Of a DNA stretch of 63,962 nt, positions 43,279 to 53,510 are shown piece by piece. The notes under the pieces were generated by a model that did not search any database, was not told the DNA's origin, and was given only the letters and a program-made list of their open reading frames with translations. Each line of letters starts with the position of its first letter. Position 1 is the stretch's first letter. Source of the DNA: Candidatus Iainarchaeum sp. (GTDB lineage: Archaea; Iainarchaeota; Iainarchaeia; Iainarchaeales; JAAZKV01). Where the stretch lies: positions 2,752 through 66,713 of the forward strand of contig JAQVQA010000001.1 in assembly GCA_028701835.1 (NCBI GenBank). The letters are read 5' to 3'. Position numbers and translations under genes: made by a program.

Positions 43279-43412
43279 TCTTAAATATAAAGCTTTCTAA
43301 AAAGGAAGTGGGGTGTTATTTAATTAGAGGCACTTTTATTAATTCGAAGATGGATTATATTTTCAAATGTGGTGGAATTGTAATGGTTTTTATGAAAAGG
43401 AGTTTGTTTTGA

Positions 43413-44645
43413 ATGATTTCTCCGGATTTGTGTATTAAGTGCAAGGGTAAGCTTTTGTGTGGTTTGAGTAAGTGTCCTATTCTTGAAAAATATTCTAGTA
43501 GTTCTAGGATAGTTTCTAGCATGGTTGGAACTGATTTTGTGGGTGCGTCTCCCCCAGGTTTTTTTGTTTCTTGGCAGAATTATCCTAAAGTTGCTGTAGC
43601 TCCTCTTTCAGCATTGCCTAATGAGGTTTCTTCAATTAGTGATTTGCCTGAAAAGTGGTATGGTACTCCTCAAGAGAAAATAATTTCTTTTAGAGAGTCT
43701 CTTCTTCGTTCTTACAAGACAATGCCTGTTTCATTAGCTTCTGAACCAAATTATGAGTTAATTAATTTTCAAGAGATTGCAATGTCTTCAAATATTTTTG
43801 AGATGGAAGTGAGTCTTGTAAACAAACCAATGTGTGAAACTTCTTTTGATTCGTTTAGTGCTCCCCTTGGACCTAGCGCTAAGTTGAATAAGATTCAATT
43901 ACTCCAAAATCCTTCTATTCCAAAAGAAGTTGATTATTATAATTCTGACACTGATGCATTAGCAAACACCGCTTTAATTAATTTGTTTCTAAAAGGTTTT
44001 CCTGTTTCTTCTTTAGCTAAAGTTCTTTCGAGTGGTGCGCTTGGAGTGAAGAAGAAACGAAGGATTGTTCCCACTAGGTGGAGTATTACTGCAGTTGATT
44101 CTAATTTATCTAAGTATTTTATTGAAGAAAAGTTGCCTCAACACAAATTAATTGATTCGTTTGAATTGTTTCACTCAAAGTATTTGGATAATGATTTTTG
44201 GATAATGCTCTTGCCTTATCCTTGGAGTTTTGAACAAATAGAAGTTTGGCTTCCTGGAGGGGTTTGGAATAAGAGTGCTACTGAATTTAATATTCTCTCT
44301 GATTATGAATTAAATAGCGGTTTAGTCGGTTATCCTAAGGAAACTGAAGGAGCTTATTTTGCAGCGCGTTTAGCAGTTTGTGAGTATTTGTATGAAAAAA
44401 AATTGAATGCTTCTGCGATTGTGTTTAGAGAAATTGGGAAAGGTTATGCAGTTCCTTTAGGTGTTTGGCAGATTAGGGAGAATGTGCGAGCAGCTCTAAA
44501 AGAAAAACCTCTTACTTTTTCAACCCTTGATTTGACTCTTGAATTTTTATCAAAAAAACTTTCTGTTCCTATTTTACAGTATAAAAAAAAGTCTTTCTTA
44601 ATCCAGCAATTCAAATCCCAAACTAGGTTAAATCAATGGTTCTAA
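43413..44645 (+). CDS. nreA: Archaeal Nre-family (NreA-like) DNA repair protein
   Basis: N-terminal Cys cluster LCIKCKGKLLCGLSKCPILEKY and length of about 410 aa, as I recall for Nre_N/Nre_C proteins. RIVPTRWSITAVD in the middle. Confidence 0.55.
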   Translation: MISPDLCIKCKGKLLCGLSKCPILEKYSSSSRIVSSMVGTDFVGASPPGFFVSWQNYPKVAVAPLSALPNEVSSISDLPEKWYGTPQEKIISFRESLLRSYKTMPVSLASEPNYELINFQEIAMSSNIFEMEVSLVNKPMCETSFDSFSAPLGPSAKLNKIQLLQNPSIPKEVDYYNSDTDALANTALINLFLKGFPVSSLAKVLSSGALGVKKKRRIVPTRWSITAVDSNLSKYFIEEKLPQHKLIDSFELFHSKYLDNDFWIMLLPYPWSFEQIEVWLPGGVWNKSATEFNILSDYELNSGLVGYPKETEGAYFAARLAVCEYLYEKKLNASAIVFREIGKGYAVPLGVWQIRENVRAALKEKPLTFSTLDLTLEFLSKKLSVPILQYKKKSFLIQQFKSQTRLNQWF

Positions 44646-44671
44646 ATTTCTTTTTAAATTTTTTTATAAAA

Positions 44672-45646
44672 TCACTTTTTGTATTTCATAAATTGTGCTA
44701 GGAGTGCTTCTAGTTGTATTCTTTCATTTGCTCCTTCGACTATTCTAAAATCATAGTCTCCAATAGTATCAATTAGTGCGATTTTGTCTTTTTCACTTAA
44801 ATCTTTTTCAGGCAAGTTCATTGTTTCTCTAAAAACTTGCATCATTACGTCTTCTCCACTCATTCCTTGTTCGTACATTAATTCCTCTAATTTTTTTCTT
44901 GCGTCAACAAATTTTCCGCTTAGCGCAAATAAAAGCATTTCTTGTACTTGTTCTGGTCTTGCTCTGCTTGAAACAGAGTAAATAATGTCTTCATTAATTT
45001 CATTATTTATGGAAGCTGCTGCTTGTAAAACATTAATTGCTTTTCGTAAATCTCCTTGAGTTACATAAAAAACAGCTTTCTTTGCTTGTTCGTCAATTTT
45101 AATTCCCTCGTTTTTGGAAATGGTTTCAATTTGTTTTTCAACGTCTTTAGTTAGGAGTGGTTTGTATCTATAAATCACGCATCTTGATTGAATTGGTTCA
45201 AGTATTTTTGAAGAGTAATTACATGATAGAATGAATCTACAGGTTTTAGTATATTTTTCCATTGTTCTTCTTAGCGCTTGTTGAGCGTCTTGAGTTAGTG
45301 CGTCGCATTCGTCAAGAAAAATTATTTTGAATTGTGAATCAAATGCTAGAGTTCTTGCAAAATCTTTGATTGTGTTTCTAACTACATCAATTCCTCTATC
45401 ATCACTCGCATTTAGTTCCAAGAAATTTTGTTCAAAATTGGCTCCAAACATTTCTTTCGCAAGGGCGATTGCTGAAGAAGTTTTTCCAGTTCCTGCGGGT
45501 CCAGAAAATAACATGTTAGGCAAGTTTCTTTTTTCAACATAGCTTTTCAATCTGTTAGTTATTTCTTCGTGCCCAATAACATCATTTAGTCCTTTTGGTC
45601 TGTATTTTTCAACCCAAGGTAAATCAAGTTCGTTTTTGTTAGTCAT
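44672..45646 (-). CDS. rfcS: Replication factor C small subunit
   Basis: PWVEKYRPKGLNDVIGHEEI, Walker A SGPAGTGKTSSA, DECDALTQDAQQALRRTME, and SRC motif QSRCVIY. Confidence 0.9.
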   Translation of the reverse strand: MTNKNELDLPWVEKYRPKGLNDVIGHEEITNRLKSYVEKRNLPNMLFSGPAGTGKTSSAIALAKEMFGANFEQNFLELNASDDRGIDVVRNTIKDFARTLAFDSQFKIIFLDECDALTQDAQQALRRTMEKYTKTCRFILSCNYSSKILEPIQSRCVIYRYKPLLTKDVEKQIETISKNEGIKIDEQAKKAVFYVTQGDLRKAINVLQAAASINNEINEDIIYSVSSRARPEQVQEMLLFALSGKFVDARKKLEELMYEQGMSGEDVMMQVFRETMNLPEKDLSEKDKIALIDTIGDYDFRIVEGANERIQLEALLAQFMKYKK

Positions 45647-45722
45647 TAAAAATAAACTCTAATGGTAATGGTTAAAAACATGTTCTTGATTAATTTTGTT
45701 TAGATTTTTTGGGTGAATTTTT

Positions 45723-46391
45723 TTGATTAAAAGTACTTTTAAGAATAAACAATTATTAGTTGTTTTATTGTTTTGGTTTTTTTTCTCTTTTTTAGTTTTG
45801 TGGTTCATTGGAGGGGGTTGTTTAAGTCCAATGAATGGGAGTAGTTGTATTTCAAGCGGGGCTTTTGATTGGATGAGTAATATCCCTATTTTGAATTTAT
45901 TAATGCCTTATGCGCAATGGTCTTCTTTAATGTATTTCTTTGCTCCAATAGCGGGGTTTGTTTTGGCTTTTGGTTTGATTAAATGGTGGAATAGTTATTT
46001 TGAAACAAAACAAGCAAGTGGAGTTTTTTTCTTAGTTTTGATTATAATAGCTTTATTTTTGGGTTATTATGTTAATTTGTTTTTTTATGTGAATGAAACT
46101 GCGAGTATTTATACTTCGAGATATTCTGGTCAAGCGGTTTTCTCTCCTTATTTTTGTTTCTCTGAAAAGGATTACTCTGATTGTGCTAATACCGTCTCAA
46201 AGCTTAATGAAGAATTTATTTCTCAGGTACAGAGTGGTAAAATAAAAGTGGCTACGCAATATATTCCAGTTTCTTTTTGGAGTGAGTTAAGAAGAAGCAT
46301 GTATTTTTTATTTATTTTGGGTGCGATTAATGCTTGGATTTTCTTATTTGCAAAAGACTTGTATTATAATATTAAGGAGTCGAAAGATTAA
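45723..46391 (+). CDS. Hypothetical integral membrane protein
   Basis: 222 aa with 4-5 hydrophobic segments. No motif recognised. Confidence 0.5.
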   Translation: MIKSTFKNKQLLVVLLFWFFFSFLVLWFIGGGCLSPMNGSSCISSGAFDWMSNIPILNLLMPYAQWSSLMYFFAPIAGFVLAFGLIKWWNSYFETKQASGVFFLVLIIIALFLGYYVNLFFYVNETASIYTSRYSGQAVFSPYFCFSEKDYSDCANTVSKLNEEFISQVQSGKIKVATQYIPVSFWSELRRSMYFLFILGAINAWIFLFAKDLYYNIKESKD

Positions 46392-46473
46392 TTATTCAAA
46401 AAAACAGTTTTTGTTTCTTGTTTAAAGGATTTTTAAGCTTTTTGAACAATTATCTTGTTAGGTAAATAATTCG

Positions 46474-47295
46474 TTGGTGTTTTTTTTGATTGAAGTTGTT
46501 TTAAAAAGGGCTGTTGAAGAGTATTTCTCTAACTTTAAAGTAATGCTTAGCTTTGGAGTATTATTTGTTTTCATTGCGCTTTTTGCTTTGTTTGATCAAT
46601 TCTTTTTTAGTTCTGGATCGGTTTTCTTTTCGCTTAACTCTAACCTAATAGGTGGTTTTATTGGGTTAATAATTTCACTTATTTTTCTTTACTTTTTCTC
46701 TTTTTTTATTTCTCTAACAGTTTATGCAGTTCATAGGGATGTGCAGCACATTAATTTTGATACTTATTGGAATACTTTATTCAAAGATGCTGCTTTGAAG
46801 ATATTTGTTTTTTATTTATCATTAGCAATAGTGTTTTATGCAATTAGTTCCATTGGTTTTATTTTAGGACTTTCTTTTTATGCTCTTTTATTGAATTTGT
46901 TAATTGGGTTGCTTGTGCTTTTTGTTCCTCAAAGTATTGTTCTTGATGAAATTAATATTTCGGAAGCGATTGTTAGGAGTATTGAATTTTTGAAAAGCAA
47001 TTTTTTAGTTTCGATGCTTGTATTTTTGTTAATTACTCTTGCACTAATAATTATTAATTTGATTGAATTGTTTTTACAATTAATCGGCTTTTTTGGGATA
47101 ATGGTTTCTTTCTTTTTGGTTTTAGTTATTTTGGTTCCTTTTTTTGAACAAACTAAATCTTATGCTTATTTAATGCGAAATGATCTTCTCAAGAGCAATG
47201 AGTTTGTTCACGCTCGCGCTCCAAGAACTCAAAGAGAGAAACCAAAGTATGGTGTTAGGTTAAGAGAACAACCAAAAAAGGGGTCAAAGATTTAA
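46474..47295 (+). CDS. Hypothetical integral membrane protein with a basic C-terminal tail
   Basis: 273 aa with about 6 TM segments. Its architecture resembles the 51773-52558 product. Confidence 0.5.
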   Translation: MVFFLIEVVLKRAVEEYFSNFKVMLSFGVLFVFIALFALFDQFFFSSGSVFFSLNSNLIGGFIGLIISLIFLYFFSFFISLTVYAVHRDVQHINFDTYWNTLFKDAALKIFVFYLSLAIVFYAISSIGFILGLSFYALLLNLLIGLLVLFVPQSIVLDEINISEAIVRSIEFLKSNFLVSMLVFLLITLALIIINLIELFLQLIGFFGIMVSFFLVLVILVPFFEQTKSYAYLMRNDLLKSNEFVHARAPRTQREKPKYGVRLREQPKKGSKI

Positions 47296-47362
47296 TTTTC
47301 TTTTTAAGTTATTTTTTTTATTCTCTTTAGTTAGTATTAAATTTGTTTTTCAAGAATTTGTT

Positions 47363-48904
47363 TTATTCAAAACCCATATATTCGATTTGTTTTATTTTTT
47401 TAGTTAGTAATTCATTTAGTTCATTTAACTTAGCAGCTTTTCCTGTAAAGCAACACTTTTTTTCTTTTAAACATTCATCAAAAACAAATGTTTCTTGAGG
47501 ATAGACTTCTTTTCCTAGACTTTCAGAGAATTTATCTACGGCTTTTTTTGTGCATCCACAGATTAAGTCTTTTTCAAAAAGTTTTGAGAGTTCTTTATAT
47601 ACTTTTGGAGCAAATTCAATTGGTTTTTTATTAAAATTCTCGCTAAGAGAATGTAAATTAGTTATTCCTATGCAAGTTTTTGCATTAGTGAAGTCAAATT
47701 GTTTTAAGTACTCTCTTTTTTCAAGCAATTTTATTTTTGTTTCTTTTAATTTATTTATGTGTTCACTCACGTTTCCTAATTTTTCAAAGAATTTATCTTC
47801 ATCATATTTTTTAGCAATTTTTTCAAGATTTAATCCTATTTGCATTAAAACTATTTGGTTGTTTGAAAATAGTTTTGTTTCAAATGGATAGTACTGTTCT
47901 TCTTCGTTATTCAAAACGAAGAAGTGTTTTTTATTTGTTTGAATTAGTTTTAGTGAGTATTTTGAATCAACTCCAACAACAGTATTTTCGCTTATTAATT
48001 CATTTGAAATTTTTGAAGCATTAATTTTGTTGCTTTGGTTTTTTTCAAATTCTTTTGGAGTGTATAACTCTAATGATAATAAATGTTCTTTTCTTCCTAA
48101 ACCATTTATTTGTTTGATCATTTCAGCAATTTTTTTTGCGTGTCTATCATTTTTTACTTCATTAGAACATGCGTGAGTGAGTCCGTATATACTTGGAGTT
48201 GAATAAAAATATTTCTCAAAATTATTTGCTTTTTTGAATGTAGAGTAAATTGTTTTTTCATAATCTTCTTTTTTTTGAGCAGTTATAGATATTGCGTGTG
48301 CTCTTTGAGAGAATCCCGTAGTATCTTCAATGCATATTGTTCCATTATAATGTAGTTCTCTTTCTTCAGGTTCGATTTGTGTTAATAAATTATACTCGCG
48401 GGTTATTTGGTTATAATAAGGTTTTTCTTGAATCTTTTTTTCAACATCTCTAACAACTTCTCCCATTCTTGCGTAATTGTTTCTAACATTTTCTAGTCCA
48501 TATGAAATTAGTTTTGCATTAACAAGTTCTCTAATTATGCTGGGTGTAAGAAAATTTATTTTAGCGTCTTTGATTTGGTTTTCAACTTCGATAGTAATTT
48601 TTTCTGCAGCAGTTCTTGAAATATTTGTTTCTTTTAGGAGTGAAGTTATTATATGTCCTCTATTAAACGAAGCTATTTTTTCACTTGTTAAATAAACTTT
48701 CATTTTGCTGAATCGTTCGTAAATTGCTGCCGAATTAGGATCGAGTTCTTTTAATAATTCAAGTGTTTTTTCCCTAAGTTTTTTTTCGTTTGTTGTATTC
48801 ATTTCCATTAATGTTTTTACTATTCTTGTAATATTCCATTGAGTTGCTCCTGCTTCTTCAATTTCTCTTGCAATGGATTGAATTTTTTCTTCTATTATTT
48901 CCAT
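47363..48904 (-). CDS. ATP-cone domain protein (remainder unassigned)
   Basis: KVYLTSEKIASFNRGHIITSLLKETNISRTAAEKITIEVENQIKD...IIRELVNAKL...NYARM fits an ATP-cone, preceded by a partial second one. No glycyl-radical or P-loop motif is seen in the C-terminal ~370 aa. Confidence 0.45.
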   Translation of the reverse strand: MEIIEEKIQSIAREIEEAGATQWNITRIVKTLMEMNTTNEKKLREKTLELLKELDPNSAAIYERFSKMKVYLTSEKIASFNRGHIITSLLKETNISRTAAEKITIEVENQIKDAKINFLTPSIIRELVNAKLISYGLENVRNNYARMGEVVRDVEKKIQEKPYYNQITREYNLLTQIEPEERELHYNGTICIEDTTGFSQRAHAISITAQKKEDYEKTIYSTFKKANNFEKYFYSTPSIYGLTHACSNEVKNDRHAKKIAEMIKQINGLGRKEHLLSLELYTPKEFEKNQSNKINASKISNELISENTVVGVDSKYSLKLIQTNKKHFFVLNNEEEQYYPFETKLFSNNQIVLMQIGLNLEKIAKKYDEDKFFEKLGNVSEHINKLKETKIKLLEKREYLKQFDFTNAKTCIGITNLHSLSENFNKKPIEFAPKVYKELSKLFEKDLICGCTKKAVDKFSESLGKEVYPQETFVFDECLKEKKCCFTGKAAKLNELNELLTKKIKQIEYMGFE

Positions 48905-49060
48905 AACAACTTTTTGTTGCGCAACTTTTTTATTAAGGGGTTTTTAGTTTTTTTTTAAAAAACAAACCCATTTCTTTAAAAAACCTAACTTTAACTTTTA
49001 TTATAGTTGGGTTTTCGAATAATCGATTTTGATTTTCAAACTTAGAAGGGGTGTTTTTAG

Positions 49061-49531
49061 TTGGTTTCTTTGGATAAAATTGATCACTTGATTTTGCAGG
49101 CTCTTCTTGAGGATGGTCGTGCTTCTTTTTCTGCTATTGCGCGGGGAGTTAATTTAACTGATGTTGCTATTAAAAAAAGATTTGAGTCTCTTAAAAAGAG
49201 GGGTGTTATTAGTGGTGTTTCAATTGATTTGAATTATAAGGCGATTGGGTATGAGAATCCTATTTTTGTTCAAATTCGTTGCGAGGCTTCAAAGACTAGG
49301 GATATAGTAAAAAAAATGCAGTCTTTTGATTTTGTTTTGGAACTCTACCAAGTTTTGGGTGAGTATAATTTGATTGCAAAGCTTGTTGTTCCTAACCTTG
49401 AGAGCGCAGAGAAGTTCATTAATCAATTAGGTTTAACTGATGGGATAATTGATTTGAAGACAATGGTTGTTCTTTTAGAACCAAAAAAATCAAAGACTCT
49501 TCCTTCATCAACTCTTCAAAACAAGATTTAG
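49061..49531 (+). CDS. Lrp/AsnC-family transcriptional regulator
   Basis: LDKIDHLILQALLEDGRASFSAIARGVNLTDVAIKKRFESLKKRGVI HTH followed by a RAM-like C-terminal domain. Confidence 0.8.
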   Translation: MVSLDKIDHLILQALLEDGRASFSAIARGVNLTDVAIKKRFESLKKRGVISGVSIDLNYKAIGYENPIFVQIRCEASKTRDIVKKMQSFDFVLELYQVLGEYNLIAKLVVPNLESAEKFINQLGLTDGIIDLKTMVVLLEPKKSKTLPSSTLQNKI

Positions 49532-49584
49532 TAAATAATAATTTTTACCCTCTATTTATAATTTTTTCATTTCTTTTATTCCTA

Positions 49585-51750
49585 ATGAAGTTAATTATTT
49601 CTGAGAAAGCCATTGCGGGAGAGAATATTGCTGATTTGCTTTCTGATGGTTCGGTTAAGCAATTAAGTGTGAGTGGTGCAAAAGTTTTTGAGTTTAATTG
49701 GAAAGGCGAGGAAGTGAAGCTTGTTCCTTTAAGGGGACATATTAGTGATGTTGAGTTTCCAAAAAAATTTGCTAATTGGAGAGGGGTTGATGTTAGGGAA
49801 TTAATTAATCCTAAAGAAATTATTTATTCTCAAAAAGAGTTTAATATTATTAATGCGTTGAAGGAAGTTGCGCGTAGTGCTGACTTGTTAATTATTGCTA
49901 CTGATGCGGATAGGGAGGGTGAGGCTATTGGGCTTGAGGCAATAAATTATGCTTTGAGTACTAATACTAAAATAAAAATAAAGAGAGCTTATTTTTCTGC
50001 TATTACTAAAACTGATATTAACAAGTCTTTTGATTCTCTTGAAGAGTTTGATTATAATTTTGCTTATTCTGCGAATGCTCGAAGAGAAATTGATTTAATT
50101 TGGGGTGCTGTTTTGACTAGATTTATTTCAATTGTTTCTGGTCAAATTGGAAAAGATTTTTTGAGTGTGGGTCGTGTTCAAACCCCTGCGCTTGCTTTAG
50201 TTGTTGATAAAGAAAAAGAGAGGCTTGCTTTTGTAAAAAAACCTTTTTGGGAATTGATTCTTCATTGTGAAAAGGACTCGATTCCTTTTGATGCTATTCA
50301 TTCTCAAGAAAAATTTTGGGATAAAAAAAAGGCTGATCTTATTTATTCTTCTCCTCCCAAAAAAGCTGTTATAAAAAAATTGGATAAAAAAACCAAGGTT
50401 ATAAAAAAACCAGTTCCTTTTAACACAACTGATTTTCTAAGAGCAGCTACTGCAATTGGGTTTTCTGCGGGGAGGGCAATGGATGTTGCAGAGAGTTTGT
50501 ATCAGAGGGGATTAACTTCTTATCCTAGGACTGATAATAGTGTTTACCCTTCTAGCGTTGATTTGATTGAGATTTTAAATAAATTAGCTTCTGTTCAAGC
50601 GATTAGAGATAGTGTTAAATCTGTATTAGCTCAAAAAGAAATAATTCCTTCTAAGGGGAAAGAAGCTAAGGATCATCCACCAATTTATCCTGTAGGGGTT
50701 GCTCAAAAAGAGGGTTTGAATCAAGACGAGTGGAGAATTTATGAATTGATTTGTAGAAGATTTCTAGCTACTCTTAGCGAGGATGCAAAAACAGAGAATA
50801 CTAGTGTTCTTTTGAGTGCTAATAATGAACCTTATGTTGCAAGAGGCCAAATTATTTTATTTGAGGGGTGGAAAGGAGTTTATCCTTATAGTGAGTTGAA
50901 TGAAAATATTTTACCAAAACTAAGTGTTGGTGATGAAGTGAATGTTCTTTCTCTTGATTTGTTAAATAAAGAGACTCAACCCCCTAATAGGTATAGTCAG
51001 GGTTCTTTGATTAAATTAATGGAGGATAATAACTTAGGAACAAAATCTACTCGTCCTTCAATTATTCAAAAACTTTATGCAAGAAAATATATTAGCGGGA
51101 ATAAGAGTATTGAACCAAGTAAAGTGGCTTTTGCTGTAATTGATTCGCTTGAAAAAAATTGTGAGATTGTTACAAAACCAGAGATGACTTCTAATATTGA
51201 AAAAGAAATGGATGAGATTGCTGCTGGTAAGAAGAAACAAATGGATGTTGTTGAAAAATCTTGTGCTGATTTGAAGCGTGTAATGGATTTGCTTTTTGAA
51301 AAAAAAGATTTTGTTGGACTCGAGTTAAGAAAAGCACTTAGGTTTAGTGAAGTGATGGGTGTTTGTAAGTGTGGCGGGAATTTGGTTCAAAGAAAAGGAA
51401 AGACAGGTAAGAGATTTGTTGGGTGTGCTAATTACCCTGATTGTACAGTTACTTTTCCTCTTCCCCAAAATGGCTTAATTACTCCTCTTAACACTAATTG
51501 TCCCGAGTGTGGTGCACCTCAGATTCAAGTTAAAGCAAAGAGGTTTTCTTACAAAATGTGTCTTAACATGAATTGTGTTACAAAAAAGGATTGGGGTAAG
51601 AAAAATGAAAAAAAAGAAAATGAAAATTCTGTAAAATCAGTTGAATTAATTAAAAATAATAAAGTTATTAATAATAGTGATGATAAAGAGAAGGGCTTTA
51701 AAAAAATCAAGTCTAGTGGTTTGAAAAAAGTTAAGAAAAAGAGTATTTAA
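49585..51750 (+). CDS. topA: Type IA DNA topoisomerase with C-terminal zinc ribbons
   Basis: TOPRIM MKLIISEKAIAG...ATDADREGE, active-site Tyr context GLTSYPRTDN, and C-terminal CKCGG...CANYPDC and CPECG...C fingers. Confidence 0.85.
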   Translation: MKLIISEKAIAGENIADLLSDGSVKQLSVSGAKVFEFNWKGEEVKLVPLRGHISDVEFPKKFANWRGVDVRELINPKEIIYSQKEFNIINALKEVARSADLLIIATDADREGEAIGLEAINYALSTNTKIKIKRAYFSAITKTDINKSFDSLEEFDYNFAYSANARREIDLIWGAVLTRFISIVSGQIGKDFLSVGRVQTPALALVVDKEKERLAFVKKPFWELILHCEKDSIPFDAIHSQEKFWDKKKADLIYSSPPKKAVIKKLDKKTKVIKKPVPFNTTDFLRAATAIGFSAGRAMDVAESLYQRGLTSYPRTDNSVYPSSVDLIEILNKLASVQAIRDSVKSVLAQKEIIPSKGKEAKDHPPIYPVGVAQKEGLNQDEWRIYELICRRFLATLSEDAKTENTSVLLSANNEPYVARGQIILFEGWKGVYPYSELNENILPKLSVGDEVNVLSLDLLNKETQPPNRYSQGSLIKLMEDNNLGTKSTRPSIIQKLYARKYISGNKSIEPSKVAFAVIDSLEKNCEIVTKPEMTSNIEKEMDEIAAGKKKQMDVVEKSCADLKRVMDLLFEKKDFVGLELRKALRFSEVMGVCKCGGNLVQRKGKTGKRFVGCANYPDCTVTFPLPQNGLITPLNTNCPECGAPQIQVKAKRFSYKMCLNMNCVTKKDWGKKNEKKENENSVKSVELIKNNKVINNSDDKEKGFKKIKSSGLKKVKKKSI

Positions 51751-51772
51751 TTTTTTTGGGGGGGGATGGTTT

Positions 51773-52558
51773 TTGAGTAAAAAATTAGTTTTTTTTAAAT
51801 TCAAGTCAATTTTAAGAGAATCTATTTTATTGTTATTAAAAAACCCGTTTTTGTTTGTTCCAAAATTGTTAATTGCTTTTTTTTATGGTGTAGGTACTTT
51901 AGTTGCAGTGGGGTTAGTAAAAGAACTTTTTTCTTTTAGTTCTTTTTCAACCGAGCAAATGCTTTCATTTGATTTTACTAGTTTTTTTTCTATTGCGATT
52001 TTGTTAATGTTATTTACTTTGTTCTCTTTTTTCTTTGACTTATTTTTTAACGGGTTGTACCCTATTTTAGTTAGACTTGCTTTAAAGAAAAAATTATCTT
52101 TCTTGGATGGAGTTAATTTGTTTAAGCCAAAAATATTCTCTGTTTTTTTAACAGGTGTTTTTCTTTGGGTGTTAATTACACTTGTTTCTATATTAGAATC
52201 TTTTTTAGTGATTTATTATAATCTCTCAAAAGAGGGGTTTGTATTATCTTTTTTAATAACCTTTTTATTTGCTTTTTTATTTTATTTTCTTTACCCAAAA
52301 ATAGTTTTTGAGAATAAAGGAATTCAAGAGAGTTTTTGTTCTTCAGTCTTTGATTCGTTTAAAAACAAGAAAATCGTTTTCTTGCTTTCAAGTATTCCTT
52401 TTATAGTATCTGTTTTGAAGTTAATTCTAGCTTATTTTTCAAACGATTTAGTGTTTTTAATAATTTTTTGGGTAATTGTTATTTTAACTGGTGTTATTTA
52501 TTCTATTCATTCTGTGGTTAATCAAATAGCGTATGAAAAAATACTAGCTAAAAATTAA
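51773..52558 (+). CDS. Hypothetical integral membrane protein
   Basis: 261 aa with about 6 TM segments, F/L-rich. No motif recognised. Confidence 0.5.
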   Translation: MSKKLVFFKFKSILRESILLLLKNPFLFVPKLLIAFFYGVGTLVAVGLVKELFSFSSFSTEQMLSFDFTSFFSIAILLMLFTLFSFFFDLFFNGLYPILVRLALKKKLSFLDGVNLFKPKIFSVFLTGVFLWVLITLVSILESFLVIYYNLSKEGFVLSFLITFLFAFLFYFLYPKIVFENKGIQESFCSSVFDSFKNKKIVFLLSSIPFIVSVLKLILAYFSNDLVFLIIFWVIVILTGVIYSIHSVVNQIAYEKILAKN

Positions 52559-52661
52559 TATTATCATTTTTTTTTGGTTAAAAAATTTAAAACTAGTTTT
52601 ATTTTAAAACACTTTTTTTAAGATAATTTATTTTCTTTTAAAATTAGTTATTTTTTTTTAA

Positions 52662-52729
52662 AGTTGCAGGAATGGAATAAGAATTAGTTTTCGTTTCCAA
52701 ATATAGCCTGGTGAGCCTATCCTGCAACT
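52662..52729. other. Perfect 10-bp inverted repeat AGTTGCAGGA/TCCTGCAACT enclosing 48 nt with two internal helices; candidate small structured RNA
   Basis: Arms at 52662-52671 and 52720-52729. Internal UGGAA/UUCCA and AUAG/CUAU pairings give a three-way junction. It lies in a 355-nt gap with no ORF. Confidence 0.25.
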
Positions 52730-52828
52730 CTAAATCCAATAATTTTTTTTATATCACAACTCTCTATCACATCCCCCCTTCAAACTATACTACTATTCGC
52801 CTCACGGCTTATTAAGTATTAACAAGAG

Positions 52829-52874
52829 TTTGATGTAATAAAAAACACATTTATAAACTATTTGATGTCATAAA
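52829..52874. promoter_or_regulatory. Two direct repeats TTTGATGT(A/C)ATAAA, 32 bp apart, flanking a TTTATAAA box upstream of the 52935 regulator gene
   Basis: Repeats at 52829-52842 and 52861-52874, read directly from the sequence, located 60-105 nt upstream of the ATG at 52935. Confidence 0.3.
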
Positions 52875-52934
52875 TAAATAGTTAAGTGCATTTTTGTTGC
52901 AATTGTCGAAAGGGTGGTTTTTTTGGCTCAAAAA

Positions 52935-53462
52935 ATGAAGGTTGATGATGAGATTAGACTTAATATACTTAAGTCTCTTCTTGAGAAGGGTTGTACTCAA
53001 TCTAACGTTAGGCGGATTAAAACTAAAACTGATTATCACTTAGCGACTATTAAGAGTTCTATTGATTTTCTTCAAAAAGAGGGTATAATTACAGGGTATG
53101 GTCCTAAAATTGCTTTTTGGAAACTTGGTTATAAACTTGAATGTATTGAGTTTTTGCAACTTGATTTCTCAAAAAGGGATTTAGTTGATAAGTACTTGGA
53201 TGTTGCAAAGAAGGATCCTCATGTATTTGCTCTTAATTCAGTAATGGGTTCTGGTAATTTTAATGTTGCTAGTTTTCAGTTTTATGAGGATGTTGAATCT
53301 TATCACAAGAATTTGCAAGAGAATTATGTAAAAAAGATTCCTAATTATTATGATGTTGTTAAGGATAGGCAAGTTTTTTACATGACTGAACCTACTTTTA
53401 AGAGGGGTTCTAGAACCGATTCAATAATTGATATTTTGAGAAGAAAAAATGCTCTTGATTAA
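52935..53462 (+). CDS. Putative winged-helix transcriptional regulator (Lrp-like architecture)
   Basis: DDEIRLNILKSLLEKGCTQSNVRRIKTKTDYHLATIKSSIDFLQKEGII resembles an Lrp/TrmB-type wHTH. The C-terminal ~100 aa are alpha/beta. The track ORF starts at a GTG at 52914. Confidence 0.45.
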   Translation: MKVDDEIRLNILKSLLEKGCTQSNVRRIKTKTDYHLATIKSSIDFLQKEGIITGYGPKIAFWKLGYKLECIEFLQLDFSKRDLVDKYLDVAKKDPHVFALNSVMGSGNFNVASFQFYEDVESYHKNLQENYVKKIPNYYDVVKDRQVFYMTEPTFKRGSRTDSIIDILRRKNALD

Positions 53463-53510
53463 TTTTCTTTGAGCTTTTTTTATTTTTATTTTATTTTTTT
53501 AGTGGTTTTT

